Part shown: positions 12,411-22,498 of the stretch, piece by piece
Numbering within the stretch: the stretch's first letter is position 1
Layout: every line of letters begins with the position of its first letter
Assembly (NCBI GenBank): GCA_965369655.1
Contig: CBDUQR010000015.1
Coordinates: forward strand, 1-59,143
Reading direction: 5' to 3'
Origin: an uncultured bacterium
Lineage (GTDB): Bacteria; Zixibacteria; MSB-5A5; JAABVY01; JAHJOQ01
DNA: 59,143 nt
Made by a program: the position numbers and the translations under genes
The notes under the pieces: generated by a model
The model's input: the letters and a program-made list of their open reading frames with translations, nothing else
Database searches by the model: none
Told to the model about the DNA's origin: nothing

Positions 12411-13255
12411 TTATGCCGAGAGGAGTCTGTGCAGCGTGGCGCTGGTTATTTCAGAGGCCAGGCTTTGTCCTTCTTGCAGCTTCCTTTCCAACTCATCGCA
12501 CATGGCCATCAATTGATCGACTTTAGCGACGATCCTTTTCTGTTCTTTTAGTGGCGGGATTGGAATAATGAGCGACTTCAGCGCCGTTCCATTGACATTG
12601 GGTTGCCCAGTACCCATGGATCGTTCGTATAGATGATCCCAATACAGCTGTGATCCAAGGAACACTTTCACAAATCGTGGACAAACCCTATGATGCGGAA
12701 TGAACCGAATAAGGTAAGATGCGAACACGGTGGTTACGGGGAGTTCAGATACTAAATACGACTTGCCGATGGTCCCGCCTGTCCGCGCGATTAAGATGTC
12801 ATTCTCCGCCAGAGCATATGTCCGCAACTTGCTGCTTTCGATTTTGCACCCAGGGACTGTCTCCCAATCAACCCGATCATTCTGAATATCGGTGATCCTC
12901 AGAAGCCTCACTTCCTTATTCGTTACATCTGCGGAGGCATTGTAGCCGTAGTGAATGTTAACCGAGATACTTCCGAGTCTTACCCATTCCCATTTTGACG
13001 GTAGATCAAACGGCAGTTCATCAGATTCAATTCGTAATGGTGGCTTAGGCTTTCTGATCTTACCTTCCTTGACCAGCTTCCGTTTCTCCACCTCAATTTT
13101 CTTCAGAAGCTCTAAGGCCGGTTCGTCATTCGGGTCTTGGGGCACTAACTTGCCCTGAACGGCCAGTTGGAGTATTGACTTGCGTAATTCAGCGACATTT
13201 TCGGGAACGTCGTACAGCATCTCAAAATTGTCACTGATCCTCTGCCACGCCGTCA
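12411..13255 (-). pseudogene. hsdS: type I restriction-modification specificity subunit, C-terminal half only
   Basis: LRKSILQLAVQGKLVPQDP, LPSKWEWVRLG, IPPLKEQKRIVAKVD; a single TRD; no hsdR or hsdM. Confidence 0.85.
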
Positions 13256-13256
13256 G

Positions 13257-13364
13257 GGGCTTGTCGGTCCCAACGGCGCGGGCAAGACAACGACTATCAA
13301 GATGATAATCGGCATGCTCGATCCGACCGACGGCGCTGTGCATGTCAATGGCTACAACGTTCAT
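13257..13364 (+). pseudogene. fragment of an ABC-2-type transporter ATPase (Walker A region)
   Basis: Plus-strand translation [35 protein letters not shown]; no start codon and no downstream motifs. Confidence 0.75.
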
Positions 13365-13435
13365 CCCCCACGGGGTACCTTCTAAGTTCCGGGTTCCACT
13401 TTCTATGCATTTTCTCTTGACTATGCATTTTTCTC

Positions 13436-13464
13436 TTGACAAGGTCGCAGCAAGGGGTTAATTT
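13436..13464 (+). promoter_or_regulatory. sigma70-type promoter for the secreted-protein/secretin cluster
   Basis: TTGACA-N17-TAATTT, preceded by the tandem duplication CTATGCATTTT(T)CTCTTGA x2. Confidence 0.55.
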
Positions 13465-13621
13465 AGCGGCCAGTTCAAGCAAGACTCTGATATTACTCCC
13501 AGGCTGGACTTGCAGGATTTATTCGCTTCCAAGGACTGGATGCAGGGGAAGGATTCCCACCAAAGTTTAGGCTTCGGCAAGTTGTAGGATTGAGCACTGG
13601 TTGCTAAAGAGGAATAAATGT

Positions 13622-14494
13622 ATGTTTTCCAAGCTTAGAATCACTCAAGCAGCGATTTGTCTATGGCTGATCGCCATTCTGGTCAATCCTTTAGTTGGCA
13701 GCCCACAGGTCAAGAGCGATATCACAGGGGGATGCGACTGTGACTCCCTAACCAAGCAGACGGTTTGCGAGTATACAGTCCTCTCTGGAATTCCCGCGCT
13801 GAGCCACATAATAATGCCGATTGCCGAAAACTGCGTAGAAGTCTTCTCCGTAACCAGCCCATTCTTCACGTTCGGAAGCCCGCAACTGCACAAGGATAAC
13901 TTCTGCGGGGAGATCTTCGGGATCAAGGCAGATCAGGAACTGGGTGAAGGGCAGATGACAACCATCACCATGATTTACGATGGCTGCTTCAAGCTGGGAA
14001 TTGATGTTGTCTATGCAGCATTGAAGGGAGGGCCAAATTGCGAGCTATTCCCAATCTATAGTGTCGTTGACTGCGATCTGCCGTCGTGCATCAAGTGGTC
14101 GCTCGATGCTGAGGTGGTGGGTTTTCAAGTCCGGAAGCCGGGAGCCTATTCCTCCTGCATTGCTACGATGACACTTGAATCCAACTGCCGGGTGAACGTC
14201 GGCTTTGAGTCCTTCGGTGACCTGATCCCGGTGCTGTCATCCGGTCCGGGTCCGATTTCCGCCTTTTATGCGACTACACCGCCCGACCAGACGGATCCAC
14301 CGGCGGAGTTCTTGCCGCCGGCAGATTTCAATCAACATACCCTGGTTGTACCGATGGATGCAGGGGAGTACCGGTTTTCGATTTGGGGCAAGATAGTGAT
14401 CGGTAACGAAGTCACGGCGTGTGAATATGGAGATAATGCGACTATCAGCCTGGAATTAGAAAACCATAACACATTTATTGACTCGGATCAGTAA
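13622..14494 (+). CDS. secreted Cys-rich protein with pilin-like C-terminal domain
   Basis: Signal peptide; C-terminal half paralogous to the next gene (KPG.Y...C, SN..V...E.F.DL, TACEY.D.A.I.L.L). Confidence 0.75.
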   Translation: MFSKLRITQAAICLWLIAILVNPLVGSPQVKSDITGGCDCDSLTKQTVCEYTVLSGIPALSHIIMPIAENCVEVFSVTSPFFTFGSPQLHKDNFCGEIFGIKADQELGEGQMTTITMIYDGCFKLGIDVVYAALKGGPNCELFPIYSVVDCDLPSCIKWSLDAEVVGFQVRKPGAYSSCIATMTLESNCRVNVGFESFGDLIPVLSSGPGPISAFYATTPPDQTDPPAEFLPPADFNQHTLVVPMDAGEYRFSIWGKIVIGNEVTACEYGDNATISLELENHNTFIDSDQ

Positions 14495-14614
14495 CTCAGT
14501 AACATTGGGGAGAAAGGAGAAGCTAGTTAGAGGATTCTATTGTGAACAGGGGGGAATTTAGGGTTAAGATTGTGTTTCAAAGAAAACCTCAAGACAAACG
14601 GAATGGAGGGAACC

Positions 14615-15286
14615 ATGAAAGGATTCTCCGTACTACTCGCTGTGGGTCTGCTTGTGCTGTTACTCACGCCGACAGCCTTTGGTCAGGGTACAGCGGTCTG
14701 GAAGCTCAACGACGCGGGCGAATGGATCGTCACTGAAGAGGCCAGGGCACTGAGAACTGGCGCAATGATCGATTCCTCGTGCAACCAGTGGGAATGGCAC
14801 GTCGATGTTACAATCAACGCATCGGTGGCTCAGTGGATTCATTGGAATCTGAACGCCCAGGGTTGGGACTGGAGAATAATGAAGCCGGGGTGTTACGCCG
14901 CTAACTGCATCCACTTCTGGGTGGCCTCTAATGGCGACGTACTAATCGACTACGAGGGTTTCAATGATCTCGAGTCCGTTCAGGGCAACACGCACAACAA
15001 TTGGATCGAGGCCTATTACTCGTGGGGTGAGACTCCCGAGATAGCCGATATGAACGGCTGGGTCCGGGCAATCGACCTGAATTTGGACGATGACCTTCTG
15101 GACGAATCCGAGCTTAATGATCCCTTTACGGGTGACCTGCACGCGGGGATAGAATTCAAGCTGTTCAACAAGGTCTGTGTTGTGGATTGCAACACTGCTT
15201 GCGAATATCAGGATCTGGCCTCTATAACTCTGGTTCTAATGCAGCAGAAAGACTGGGTTGACCCGGACGGAGGTTGGGCTCTGTAA
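14615..15286 (+). CDS. secreted protein, putative major structural subunit
   Basis: GGAGG RBS; signal peptide MKGFSVLLAVGLLVLLLTPTAFG; C-terminal TACEYQDLASITLVL. Confidence 0.8.
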   Translation: MKGFSVLLAVGLLVLLLTPTAFGQGTAVWKLNDAGEWIVTEEARALRTGAMIDSSCNQWEWHVDVTINASVAQWIHWNLNAQGWDWRIMKPGCYAANCIHFWVASNGDVLIDYEGFNDLESVQGNTHNNWIEAYYSWGETPEIADMNGWVRAIDLNLDDDLLDESELNDPFTGDLHAGIEFKLFNKVCVVDCNTACEYQDLASITLVLMQQKDWVDPDGGWAL

Positions 15287-15350
15287 AAGTAAGAATGCCC
15301 TCGCACTGAAGCACGTCAGAGGTGCGGGCGTTTGATTTTGTGTGATAATG

Positions 15351-15386
15351 GACCGGCGCTGGAGAACCCCGATTCCGGCGCCGGTC
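15351..15386 (+). terminator. hairpin after the putative subunit gene
   Basis: GACCGGCGCTGGA...TCCGGCGCCGGTC followed by GTTT. Confidence 0.55.
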
Positions 15387-15454
15387 GTTTGAGATAGGAG
15401 TCTTTCTCAACAAGATCAGGGTATCGCTTGGCCAACGCCGGCAGAAGGAATCAC

Positions 15455-15483
15455 TTGACAACCCGAACCGTCCCGCGTATAGT
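15455..15483 (+). promoter_or_regulatory. sigma70-type promoter
   Basis: TTGACA-N17-TATAGT. Confidence 0.65.
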
Positions 15484-15502
15484 TGTGGTGCCTTAAAAAA
15501 TC

Positions 15503-17239
15503 ATGTGGGAGCAGAAGATGTTAATAGAGATGATGCGGAAACATGACACAAAGCGGTGCCGGAAGGGGTTCTTGGGTGCCAATACTCGACGACGAGTAGT
15601 GGCGGTTGTTCTGCTTTCGCTGCTGGCTGCCTCCTCCGCCCATGGCCAGTTCGATATTATCCTGGAGCCTCAGGTCACCGAAGTGCAGCTCGGCCCGGGG
15701 AAACGTGCGGTACTGCCATTCAGATTGAGCAATGTGGATAAAGACGAGCCGGCCTTTGTGCGGGTTCATGCCAGCGATGTCCGGCAGGGGACGCGGGGCC
15801 AGTACTTGTTGGTCGACAGCCTGATGCCTTACTCTTGTGTACCGTGGTTGACACTGCCCGATACTCTCTTCGAAATAGGCCCCGGCGAGATGCTGCAGAT
15901 TCCGGTACAGGTCAAAGTGCCACATGATGCCCACGGCGGCGCTTACGGGGCAATCGTGTTTGAGATCATTCAGAAAGAGCCAGCAGCCGCGGACCCCACG
16001 AAGCTTGTTCTTGGGGCGCAATACAGCTTTCAGTTGCCGGCCTGGATCGAAATGACTGTCACACGAGGCCGCCCGATAAGAGGGCGCCTGACTCCGGGGA
16101 ATATAATCGTGATGCCCACCGCAGACGATCCGAAACTGCTCGAGAAATACGGAGACCGCGGTATGGTCGTATCGGCCGAGATGGAGAATACGGGCGATAT
16201 CCATGTCTTCACAGAAGGGCGAGTGATAATCCGCGACGAGAACCAACGTCTTGTCAGGGATACCCGCCTTGGCTCGGGACGTGGCGCGATTCTGCCCGGG
16301 GCCAAGACAAACCTGAGGACAATCATGAAACTGCCCCGCCCTGGCAAATACTCAGTCAAGGCTATTGTGGAGTATGGAGGCCGTTCTCCGGCGATTGCCC
16401 AAACCGCCTTGGAGGTTACTGATACTCGGTCTGCGCGCGCGGGTGAGTCCGAGATCGCTTTGCCGCTATATATTGACATGCGCCCGGATGAGTTCGAACT
16501 GTCCATCCCGGGAGGGGGGTTCCGTGTCCTCGGCCTGACTCTTCGGAATCGCGAAGTCGGACCGGTGGAGGTGGACGTTGAGCTGGGGAGAATCTATTAC
16601 GACGAGAACGGCCACATGTGGGTCTCGGAGGAGGATGCGGATAGCGGGCGCAGTTCTTCACCGTGGCTAACAGTCGAGCCTCAGAATTTCGTCATGGACC
16701 AGGAGCGGCGACAGAATGTCCGCATTTCACTCGATGTTCCGCCTGACGTCTCGGGGGGGTATTATTCCTGCGTGGTGCTCAATGCCCGACTGGTCGACGA
16801 CACCGCTGCGACAACCTTACCGTCACCTATCTACTGTCCGATCTACCTTACCGTGCCGCCCAACCTTGAACCGGGCGGGGAGATTGTCCGGATTGATGTT
16901 GAATGCATTGAGGCATCCGCCACGACTCTGGAAGCGGAATTCCGCAATACGGGCAACATCCATAATATGATTCGCGGCAGTGTGAAACTACAGCTATGGG
17001 TTGAACCGGAGTCCGTCCCGGGCCTCGAGATCATGGACGCCGCCGGGTTTAAGGATGTCGCGGTGGTTCAACTGGAAACCGACAGTTCCTATGTGCTTCC
17101 CGGGGAGACTCGCGTGATCTCCTCCGAGATCATCAGAGGCCTTCCGGCCGGACGCTACCGAGCCGAGGCTGTGATTAACTACGGCGGCACGACACCCGCA
17201 ATCATGGAGCGAGAATTTGTCATCAAAGCTACCGATTAA
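15503..17239 (+). CDS. secreted tandem PapD-like/Ig-fold chaperone-like protein
   Basis: Signal peptide ending AHG-Q; two repeats of PWLT...VP.D..GG.Y plus NTG(D/N)IH...LPG...G.Y...A...YGG; exact start uncertain. Confidence 0.7.
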   Translation: MWEQKMLIEMMRKHDTKRCRKGFLGANTRRRVVAVVLLSLLAASSAHGQFDIILEPQVTEVQLGPGKRAVLPFRLSNVDKDEPAFVRVHASDVRQGTRGQYLLVDSLMPYSCVPWLTLPDTLFEIGPGEMLQIPVQVKVPHDAHGGAYGAIVFEIIQKEPAAADPTKLVLGAQYSFQLPAWIEMTVTRGRPIRGRLTPGNIIVMPTADDPKLLEKYGDRGMVVSAEMENTGDIHVFTEGRVIIRDENQRLVRDTRLGSGRGAILPGAKTNLRTIMKLPRPGKYSVKAIVEYGGRSPAIAQTALEVTDTRSARAGESEIALPLYIDMRPDEFELSIPGGGFRVLGLTLRNREVGPVEVDVELGRIYYDENGHMWVSEEDADSGRSSSPWLTVEPQNFVMDQERRQNVRISLDVPPDVSGGYYSCVVLNARLVDDTAATTLPSPIYCPIYLTVPPNLEPGGEIVRIDVECIEASATTLEAEFRNTGNIHNMIRGSVKLQLWVEPESVPGLEIMDAAGFKDVAVVQLETDSSYVLPGETRVISSEIIRGLPAGRYRAEAVINYGGTTPAIMEREFVIKATD

Positions 17240-18566
17240 CAGCGTCCTCCTGTCTATCCTGGTTGCCTGGGCGGTCGCTGTGGTGGCACTCCCGGCCGTA
17301 TCGATAGCACAGGGGCAACTCGACCCTGCCGACGACGAGAGTGGAGACCGGACTCCCGTTCCGTCTGGCCCCCCAGAGGACTTGCACCAAGCACCTGCCG
17401 AGGTACGTGAATGCCTCATGACCAACGTGTTCTATGATGCGGATGTGCGAGAGATTTTGCAGACGATGGCTGCTCAGTGTTTTGTGAATGTGATAGCTGA
17501 TGAGACCGTTCACGGCATCGTATCGGTGGAGTTCGAGGATGTTCCGCTGGAAGAAGCCATGCAGAGAGTGCTCGTACCGTTTGGACTCACTTATCGCTGG
17601 ATGGATGGTTACTACCTTGTTGGAGCCGCCCGCCCGGACAACCCCTCCTTTCCCCTGTTGACTGAAACAGAGTTGTACCGGCCAAGCTTCATCAAAGCAG
17701 TTAATGTACCCAAACTCATGTCCACGTTCTTTAGCCCTTACCTTAGGGTTGACAACGATATGAACACTGTGGCGCTGACTGCCTCTCCCGAGCTTATCGC
17801 CCGCATGAAAGCCGACCTGGCTCAAATAGACCAGCCGCCACGGCAGGTCATGATTGAAGCACTGGTGACGGAAGTGTCTTCAGATGTCGGCCGAGCATTG
17901 GGACTCTCATGGGGCTTAGAGGGATCGAAGAAAGACGGTCTGAAGACTTTTGGTGCAGATGCTTATACGTTAAACGGTGTCAGGTCGGATTCTACATTTG
18001 GTGCGTTTTTTCAGCGCCTGGGGATCTTGTCGGAGGGGTGGGTTGGTCAGTATCAAGCTCGAATAAATGCCTTGGCGCACGAGGGCAAGGCACAGATCAG
18101 AGCCAACCCACGCATTGCCACTTTGGAAGGCAACGAAGCACGTATCTTCGTTGGCCGAGAAGAATACTTCACTATCCTTACTGGTTCGGTATCGTTTGCA
18201 TACGCTCAGATGGAGGTCATCAAGACCGGTATTTCGCTCACGATTACTCCCTACGTTTCGACGGATAGTCTAATAACTCTCGATATCGAACAAGTGGTCT
18301 CTGATGTAATCGGCTCGGGCAGTACAGGGTTGCCAGTAACCAACAAACGCAGCGTTAAGACGAGAGTCCGTGTTGCTCGCGGCGAGACTGTCGTAATCGG
18401 CGGCCTGAAGGTCGCAACCCAAGTGAAAAAAGTGCGGAAAATCCCTCTTTTGGGATCTATCCCGATCTTGGGCTATTTCTTCCGACATACCGAGACCCAA
18501 AAAGTCGAGACTGAGATTACGGTGCTGATAACGCCCAGTCTGTGGCAACCTGGAGACGACTTCTAA
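17217..18566 (+). CDS. outer-membrane secretin (STN + N3 + secretin domains)
   Basis: RQVMIEALVTEV, NPRIATLEG, GISLTITP, GETVVIGGL, KIPLLGSIPILGYFF, VLITP. Confidence 0.92.
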   Translation: MSSKLPINSVLLSILVAWAVAVVALPAVSIAQGQLDPADDESGDRTPVPSGPPEDLHQAPAEVRECLMTNVFYDADVREILQTMAAQCFVNVIADETVHGIVSVEFEDVPLEEAMQRVLVPFGLTYRWMDGYYLVGAARPDNPSFPLLTETELYRPSFIKAVNVPKLMSTFFSPYLRVDNDMNTVALTASPELIARMKADLAQIDQPPRQVMIEALVTEVSSDVGRALGLSWGLEGSKKDGLKTFGADAYTLNGVRSDSTFGAFFQRLGILSEGWVGQYQARINALAHEGKAQIRANPRIATLEGNEARIFVGREEYFTILTGSVSFAYAQMEVIKTGISLTITPYVSTDSLITLDIEQVVSDVIGSGSTGLPVTNKRSVKTRVRVARGETVVIGGLKVATQVKKVRKIPLLGSIPILGYFFRHTETQKVETEITVLITPSLWQPGDDF

Positions 18567-18582
18567 GTTTTGTCGGTCAGGA

Positions 18583-18774
18583 GTGATGTTGCTTTTCGTT
18601 GTACCCGTTTTCATGGGAACCTCGGTTACTCTCATGTATGTAGTCTCCGGGAACAATCCGTACCTCGCAATTTCCATATCGGTTGCGGTGTTGCTGGTCC
18701 TGTCCCGGTTTTCGGCGATATTCTGCAGAAAAAGGATCGAGACCAGGGCAATCCGTCTCAGGTATACAGAATAG
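18583..18774 (+). CDS. possible small two-TM protein
   Basis: Two hydrophobic segments and a basic tail, directly after the secretin. Confidence 0.35.
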   Translation: MMLLFVVPVFMGTSVTLMYVVSGNNPYLAISISVAVLLVLSRFSAIFCRKRIETRAIRLRYTE

Positions 18775-19026
18775 CCATTCCTGCAAACCTGCGGTCGTTC
18801 AGCGTGTTACCGATTCCGATGATCGATTCTGTTCATCTTTCGACCTTGACAATATCCAACTTTGAGTTATCATACAGTCGTATCGACAAGTTGTTGCGGG
18901 TTTCTACGGACGAAAAACGCTGTCTTGGGTGAGGAGGCGGCATCCCTGTTACACGGTCGATCAATAGGTCTCACTCGTTCTTGAGATAAATACTGATTTG
19001 TCAAAAGACTCTTCCGGAGGATTAAA

Positions 19027-19893
19027 ATGAAGGGTTTATTAGCATGTTTCCTGGCGATACTTATTGCAGTTGCCATATCGTTCGCAGATCCACAGTGGGC
19101 AACGTTCGAGATCAGCATACAGAATTCGCCGGAGACCAATCCCGGTCAGGTCGTCGCAGTTCCTGTCGACATGACCAGATGCGATCAGGACTTCGGCGGA
19201 TTTGATCTCTACATGCAGTTCGATCCGGCAGTCCTTGAGGTTGACCATGTCGAGATGGGTCAACTGCTTGTCGACTGCGACTGGGAGTATTTCGAGTATG
19301 GATCCGACCTTGGAACCGGCTTGCTGCGGATTGTCGCGATTGCAAACACTCTCAGTGTACCGGACGAACCACTCTGTTACAGCGGCATAGGCACCCTTGC
19401 AACTGTCTACTTCATCGTTGACCCAGGCGTGCCTTCGGACAGGATTGAGCCGGTCAGATTCTACTGGAACGACTGCGCTGATAATGCTCTGTCCAATGTC
19501 GGCGGGGACACGCTGTTCGTTTCAGATGATGTTTACGACTATGACGGCACCTTGATGACAGGAGAGCCTGGCACCGGCGGCATTTCGCCCGACTGTCTGC
19601 CGGGGCTGCCGGAGTCAGTTATCGCTCAGTGGGTTGAATACAGACACGGTTCCGTCGATATCGTGGTACCGCCACCGCCTGAGGGCTGCGATCCGAATGG
19701 TGACGGTATTCCATTGCAGTTGGACGACATCACATTCCTGATAAACTATATGTTCCTCGGGGGACCGGCGCCTGATCCGATTGACAGCGGCGACTGCGAT
19801 TGTAACGGCAGAGTCGACCTGATTGACATCACCAAGACAATCGCCTACCTGTTTCGAGGCGGACCGAATCCCTGCATGCCGGGCGCATACTAA
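19027..19893 (+). CDS. secreted cohesin-like + dockerin protein
   Basis: GGAGG RBS; signal peptide; PGQVVAVPV...GGFDL...FDP..L cohesin-like segment; C-terminal duplicated Ca-loop dockerin. Confidence 0.8.
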   Translation: MKGLLACFLAILIAVAISFADPQWATFEISIQNSPETNPGQVVAVPVDMTRCDQDFGGFDLYMQFDPAVLEVDHVEMGQLLVDCDWEYFEYGSDLGTGLLRIVAIANTLSVPDEPLCYSGIGTLATVYFIVDPGVPSDRIEPVRFYWNDCADNALSNVGGDTLFVSDDVYDYDGTLMTGEPGTGGISPDCLPGLPESVIAQWVEYRHGSVDIVVPPPPEGCDPNGDGIPLQLDDITFLINYMFLGGPAPDPIDSGDCDCNGRVDLIDITKTIAYLFRGGPNPCMPGAY

Positions 19894-19956
19894 GACTCAG
19901 TCAAATTGCGTAGATGATTAAGCGGCTATGCTCAATTGCATGGCCGCTCGCATATC

Positions 19957-20199
19957 GGGCTTGTTGAGAAACCCCGTGACAAGTATTGCATGCAGATTCG
20001 TCATCACGAGAAGCGTCAGCGACGTGGTGATCTCAGTTCTGGAAATGCTTTGTCTGACATGAGATTGCCATGCTCCCTGTCCCTCGGGGGTCCTCTCGTC
20101 CCTCAGGATCGGGATCGGCGACCGACGGTCGCTCGCAATGACGCCGAAATCCAGTGCTTCTCCGGTATCGCATGCCAGTCGCCTTTTTTCAACAGGTCC
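19957..20199. mobile_element. MITE-like repeat (family A)
   Basis: Ends GGGCTTGTTGAGAAA ... TTTTTTCAACAGGTCC; interior matches 44540-44590 in reverse orientation. Confidence 0.72.
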
Positions 20200-22494
20200 T
20201 TATCGCGAAAGAACAGCCTTGAAGAAATTGAACTCGAAGCCCTTTGGTCTGTGGGGTAACGGTCCGATAGTTGTCTCGGTACGTTTGCCGATAGCTGTGA
20301 TCCTGACGACCGCCCACATGTCGTCGCCGAAATCAATCCTGACCGGAATTATTGACTTGAAGCCGTCCGGCACTTTCTTCTGCTCGACCACCGCGTCCAC
20401 GAAGAACTTATCACCTTCTCGACGTACTTTCTTATCGAATTTCAGGTTCGGCACATCCAAACCGAATATCCATTGATCGAAAAACCAGTCCATCGGCTCG
20501 CCGATATGCCTCTCGACGACTCTCTGAAAATCCACGGTTGTAGCAGCCCTTCCACGGTACGTTTCGACGAAGTCCCTCATCATCGCGATGAATCTCTCGT
20601 CGGACCCGGTAGGCCAGTCTTTCATCAGGCAGCGCAGCATGTGCATCACGTAGCCACCCTTGGAATAAACGAGCGCGCCGTAATCCTGAGATTTCGATGA
20701 CGCCAGACGATACCCGAGCCATATCGGCCCGGCCTCGGTACCCTCACTCCATCCACCCCTGCTCGTCCTGCCTTTCTGGATCGCATCCCTCCGCCAGACA
20801 TCGAGGATCTCGAAGTACTTCTTGTAATCCCTGGTTTTCTCCTGAACATACCATGCGCCGGAAAACTCCGAGAAAGCTTCAGACATCCATTGGTCGTGAT
20901 AGCTTTCCCATCGAACCAGATGCCCCCACCACTGATGCGCCACCTCGTGAGCACGGAATTGCGCGTCCCATATCTTCTCCTCGGACTGAAATGTCCCCCA
21001 GGGCAGGTGAATCAGTCCCGGCATACCCTGCCCATGGCTGGTTGGAATCTCTGTTACGCGGATTTCATCATATGGAATGTCTCCGTAGATCATCGTGAAG
21101 AACTTCAAGGCGCCTGCCACATCCTCGCCGACCCGCTTCTTCATGTCTGGGCCGAGCAAATCTCCCGTATGCGTACGCCCTCGGTATATCCTGACCACTG
21201 GAGTTGCAGGGTCCTCGATGGTCAGCGTGTCGAAGAGTCCGTAGTTGAATGAGCAGTATGTTTCGGGTGCGGCGGTCACCCATCGTGTGTAGTTCGTATC
21301 GTATGCGATGGAGTCGACAACGTTCTCGCCCACAGAGATAAGCATAAGCCTTCGCGGACACCTGAACGACGCATCGAATCGGGACGGCGCCAGCGGTTCG
21401 ACTATCGGATACCAGTATATTTGATTCTCGATAAAGAAATCACCGGTCGGGCTTTTCGAGATGATCTTGTCAGAATGGTAATAGAATACAAGTTGCGATG
21501 TGTCGCTTTGCACGAGCGGTTTGTCGAAGAAGACAGTGAATCCCGGCTCTTCCTCGAGTTTCGACACATAGAGAGCGGCGCCATGCGCATCCAGCACGGA
21601 ATCAACATCTGTTTTATCGAATATCAAACTGTACAGCGTACGCAGTGAATCGATTTTCGGGATGAATTCGAGAGTTGCCTTGCATCTCAGATGCGCCCTT
21701 TCTGTGATCTCCGCGTCGATAGTATACTTCAGCGGCTCCACCTGTCTGATCACATCCCTGTGCCGCCATGACAACCCGGCATCGTAATGGTCGAGCGGGA
21801 AACAGGACATGACAATCTCGGCGTAATCCTTGCGATGAATAGATGTTCGCTTGTAGAATCTGAACGATTCAGTGGCAAGACTGCTGAACTCGACAAAGAA
21901 ACGCTTTTTCTTCCTGGTCGCGATCTCGATCCAGACATAGCTGCCGGCGTTGCCTGCAAGTTCGGCGGCAATCGAGGCCTGCACATTCCAGTCCTCACTC
22001 CTGAGGAATCTGTTTGAATTTTCTGCGAATTTCCTGAGTTTGCCTGACAATGAAGCCCGCTCTCCATGAGCCGTGTCGAAAACAGACTCAATCCACGATG
22101 GCGACGCCAGGATACTAAGCTTATCGAATTCGATGTCGATGGAATCAGATTTCAGGTGCTTGTGCAGGGAGAATTGTTCGATGTCTGTCGGTGGAGATAT
22201 ACGCAGCCTGCCGGTACCGGAGAAAATGCAGCTATAGAACTGTCCTGCCACAGAAGGCAGAAGATAGAGCGTTCCAACGGTCAGCTCGAATTCAGCCCTG
22301 TCGCAGTTGAACCGATGATCCGACAGTTTCAGTTCGATGCACTGGTCGTACTGCGGATCGTTTATCGAGTCGTACGTCGCTTCATACCATTCCGGCGTGT
22401 AGGCGTACGCCTCTGCGCAGAGCAGCGTTGATAATACGAACAGGACAATCGATCCGAACCGCACAAAGTATGCTGTCCTATTCAACTTGAACAC
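20200..22494 (-). CDS. secreted M1-family zinc aminopeptidase
   Basis: AHEVAHQWWG...WMSEAF (HExxH...E), YSKG..VMHMLR, signal peptide. Confidence 0.9.
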   Translation of the reverse strand: MFKLNRTAYFVRFGSIVLFVLSTLLCAEAYAYTPEWYEATYDSINDPQYDQCIELKLSDHRFNCDRAEFELTVGTLYLLPSVAGQFYSCIFSGTGRLRISPPTDIEQFSLHKHLKSDSIDIEFDKLSILASPSWIESVFDTAHGERASLSGKLRKFAENSNRFLRSEDWNVQASIAAELAGNAGSYVWIEIATRKKKRFFVEFSSLATESFRFYKRTSIHRKDYAEIVMSCFPLDHYDAGLSWRHRDVIRQVEPLKYTIDAEITERAHLRCKATLEFIPKIDSLRTLYSLIFDKTDVDSVLDAHGAALYVSKLEEEPGFTVFFDKPLVQSDTSQLVFYYHSDKIISKSPTGDFFIENQIYWYPIVEPLAPSRFDASFRCPRRLMLISVGENVVDSIAYDTNYTRWVTAAPETYCSFNYGLFDTLTIEDPATPVVRIYRGRTHTGDLLGPDMKKRVGEDVAGALKFFTMIYGDIPYDEIRVTEIPTSHGQGMPGLIHLPWGTFQSEEKIWDAQFRAHEVAHQWWGHLVRWESYHDQWMSEAFSEFSGAWYVQEKTRDYKKYFEILDVWRRDAIQKGRTSRGGWSEGTEAGPIWLGYRLASSKSQDYGALVYSKGGYVMHMLRCLMKDWPTGSDERFIAMMRDFVETYRGRAATTVDFQRVVERHIGEPMDWFFDQWIFGLDVPNLKFDKKVRREGDKFFVDAVVEQKKVPDGFKSIIPVRIDFGDDMWAVVRITAIGKRTETTIGPLPHRPKGFEFNFFKAVLSR

Positions 22495-22498
22495 ACCA

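Noticed and set aside
13256-13442. N-terminal extension of the 343-aa hsdS ORF
   Set aside because: It is the antisense reading of an ABC ATPase fragment and promoter DNA, not HsdS.
11173-19000. Second att copy of the tRNA-Asp 3' end marking the island boundary
   Set aside because: No convincing duplicate found by eye, so the island's right boundary is left undefined.
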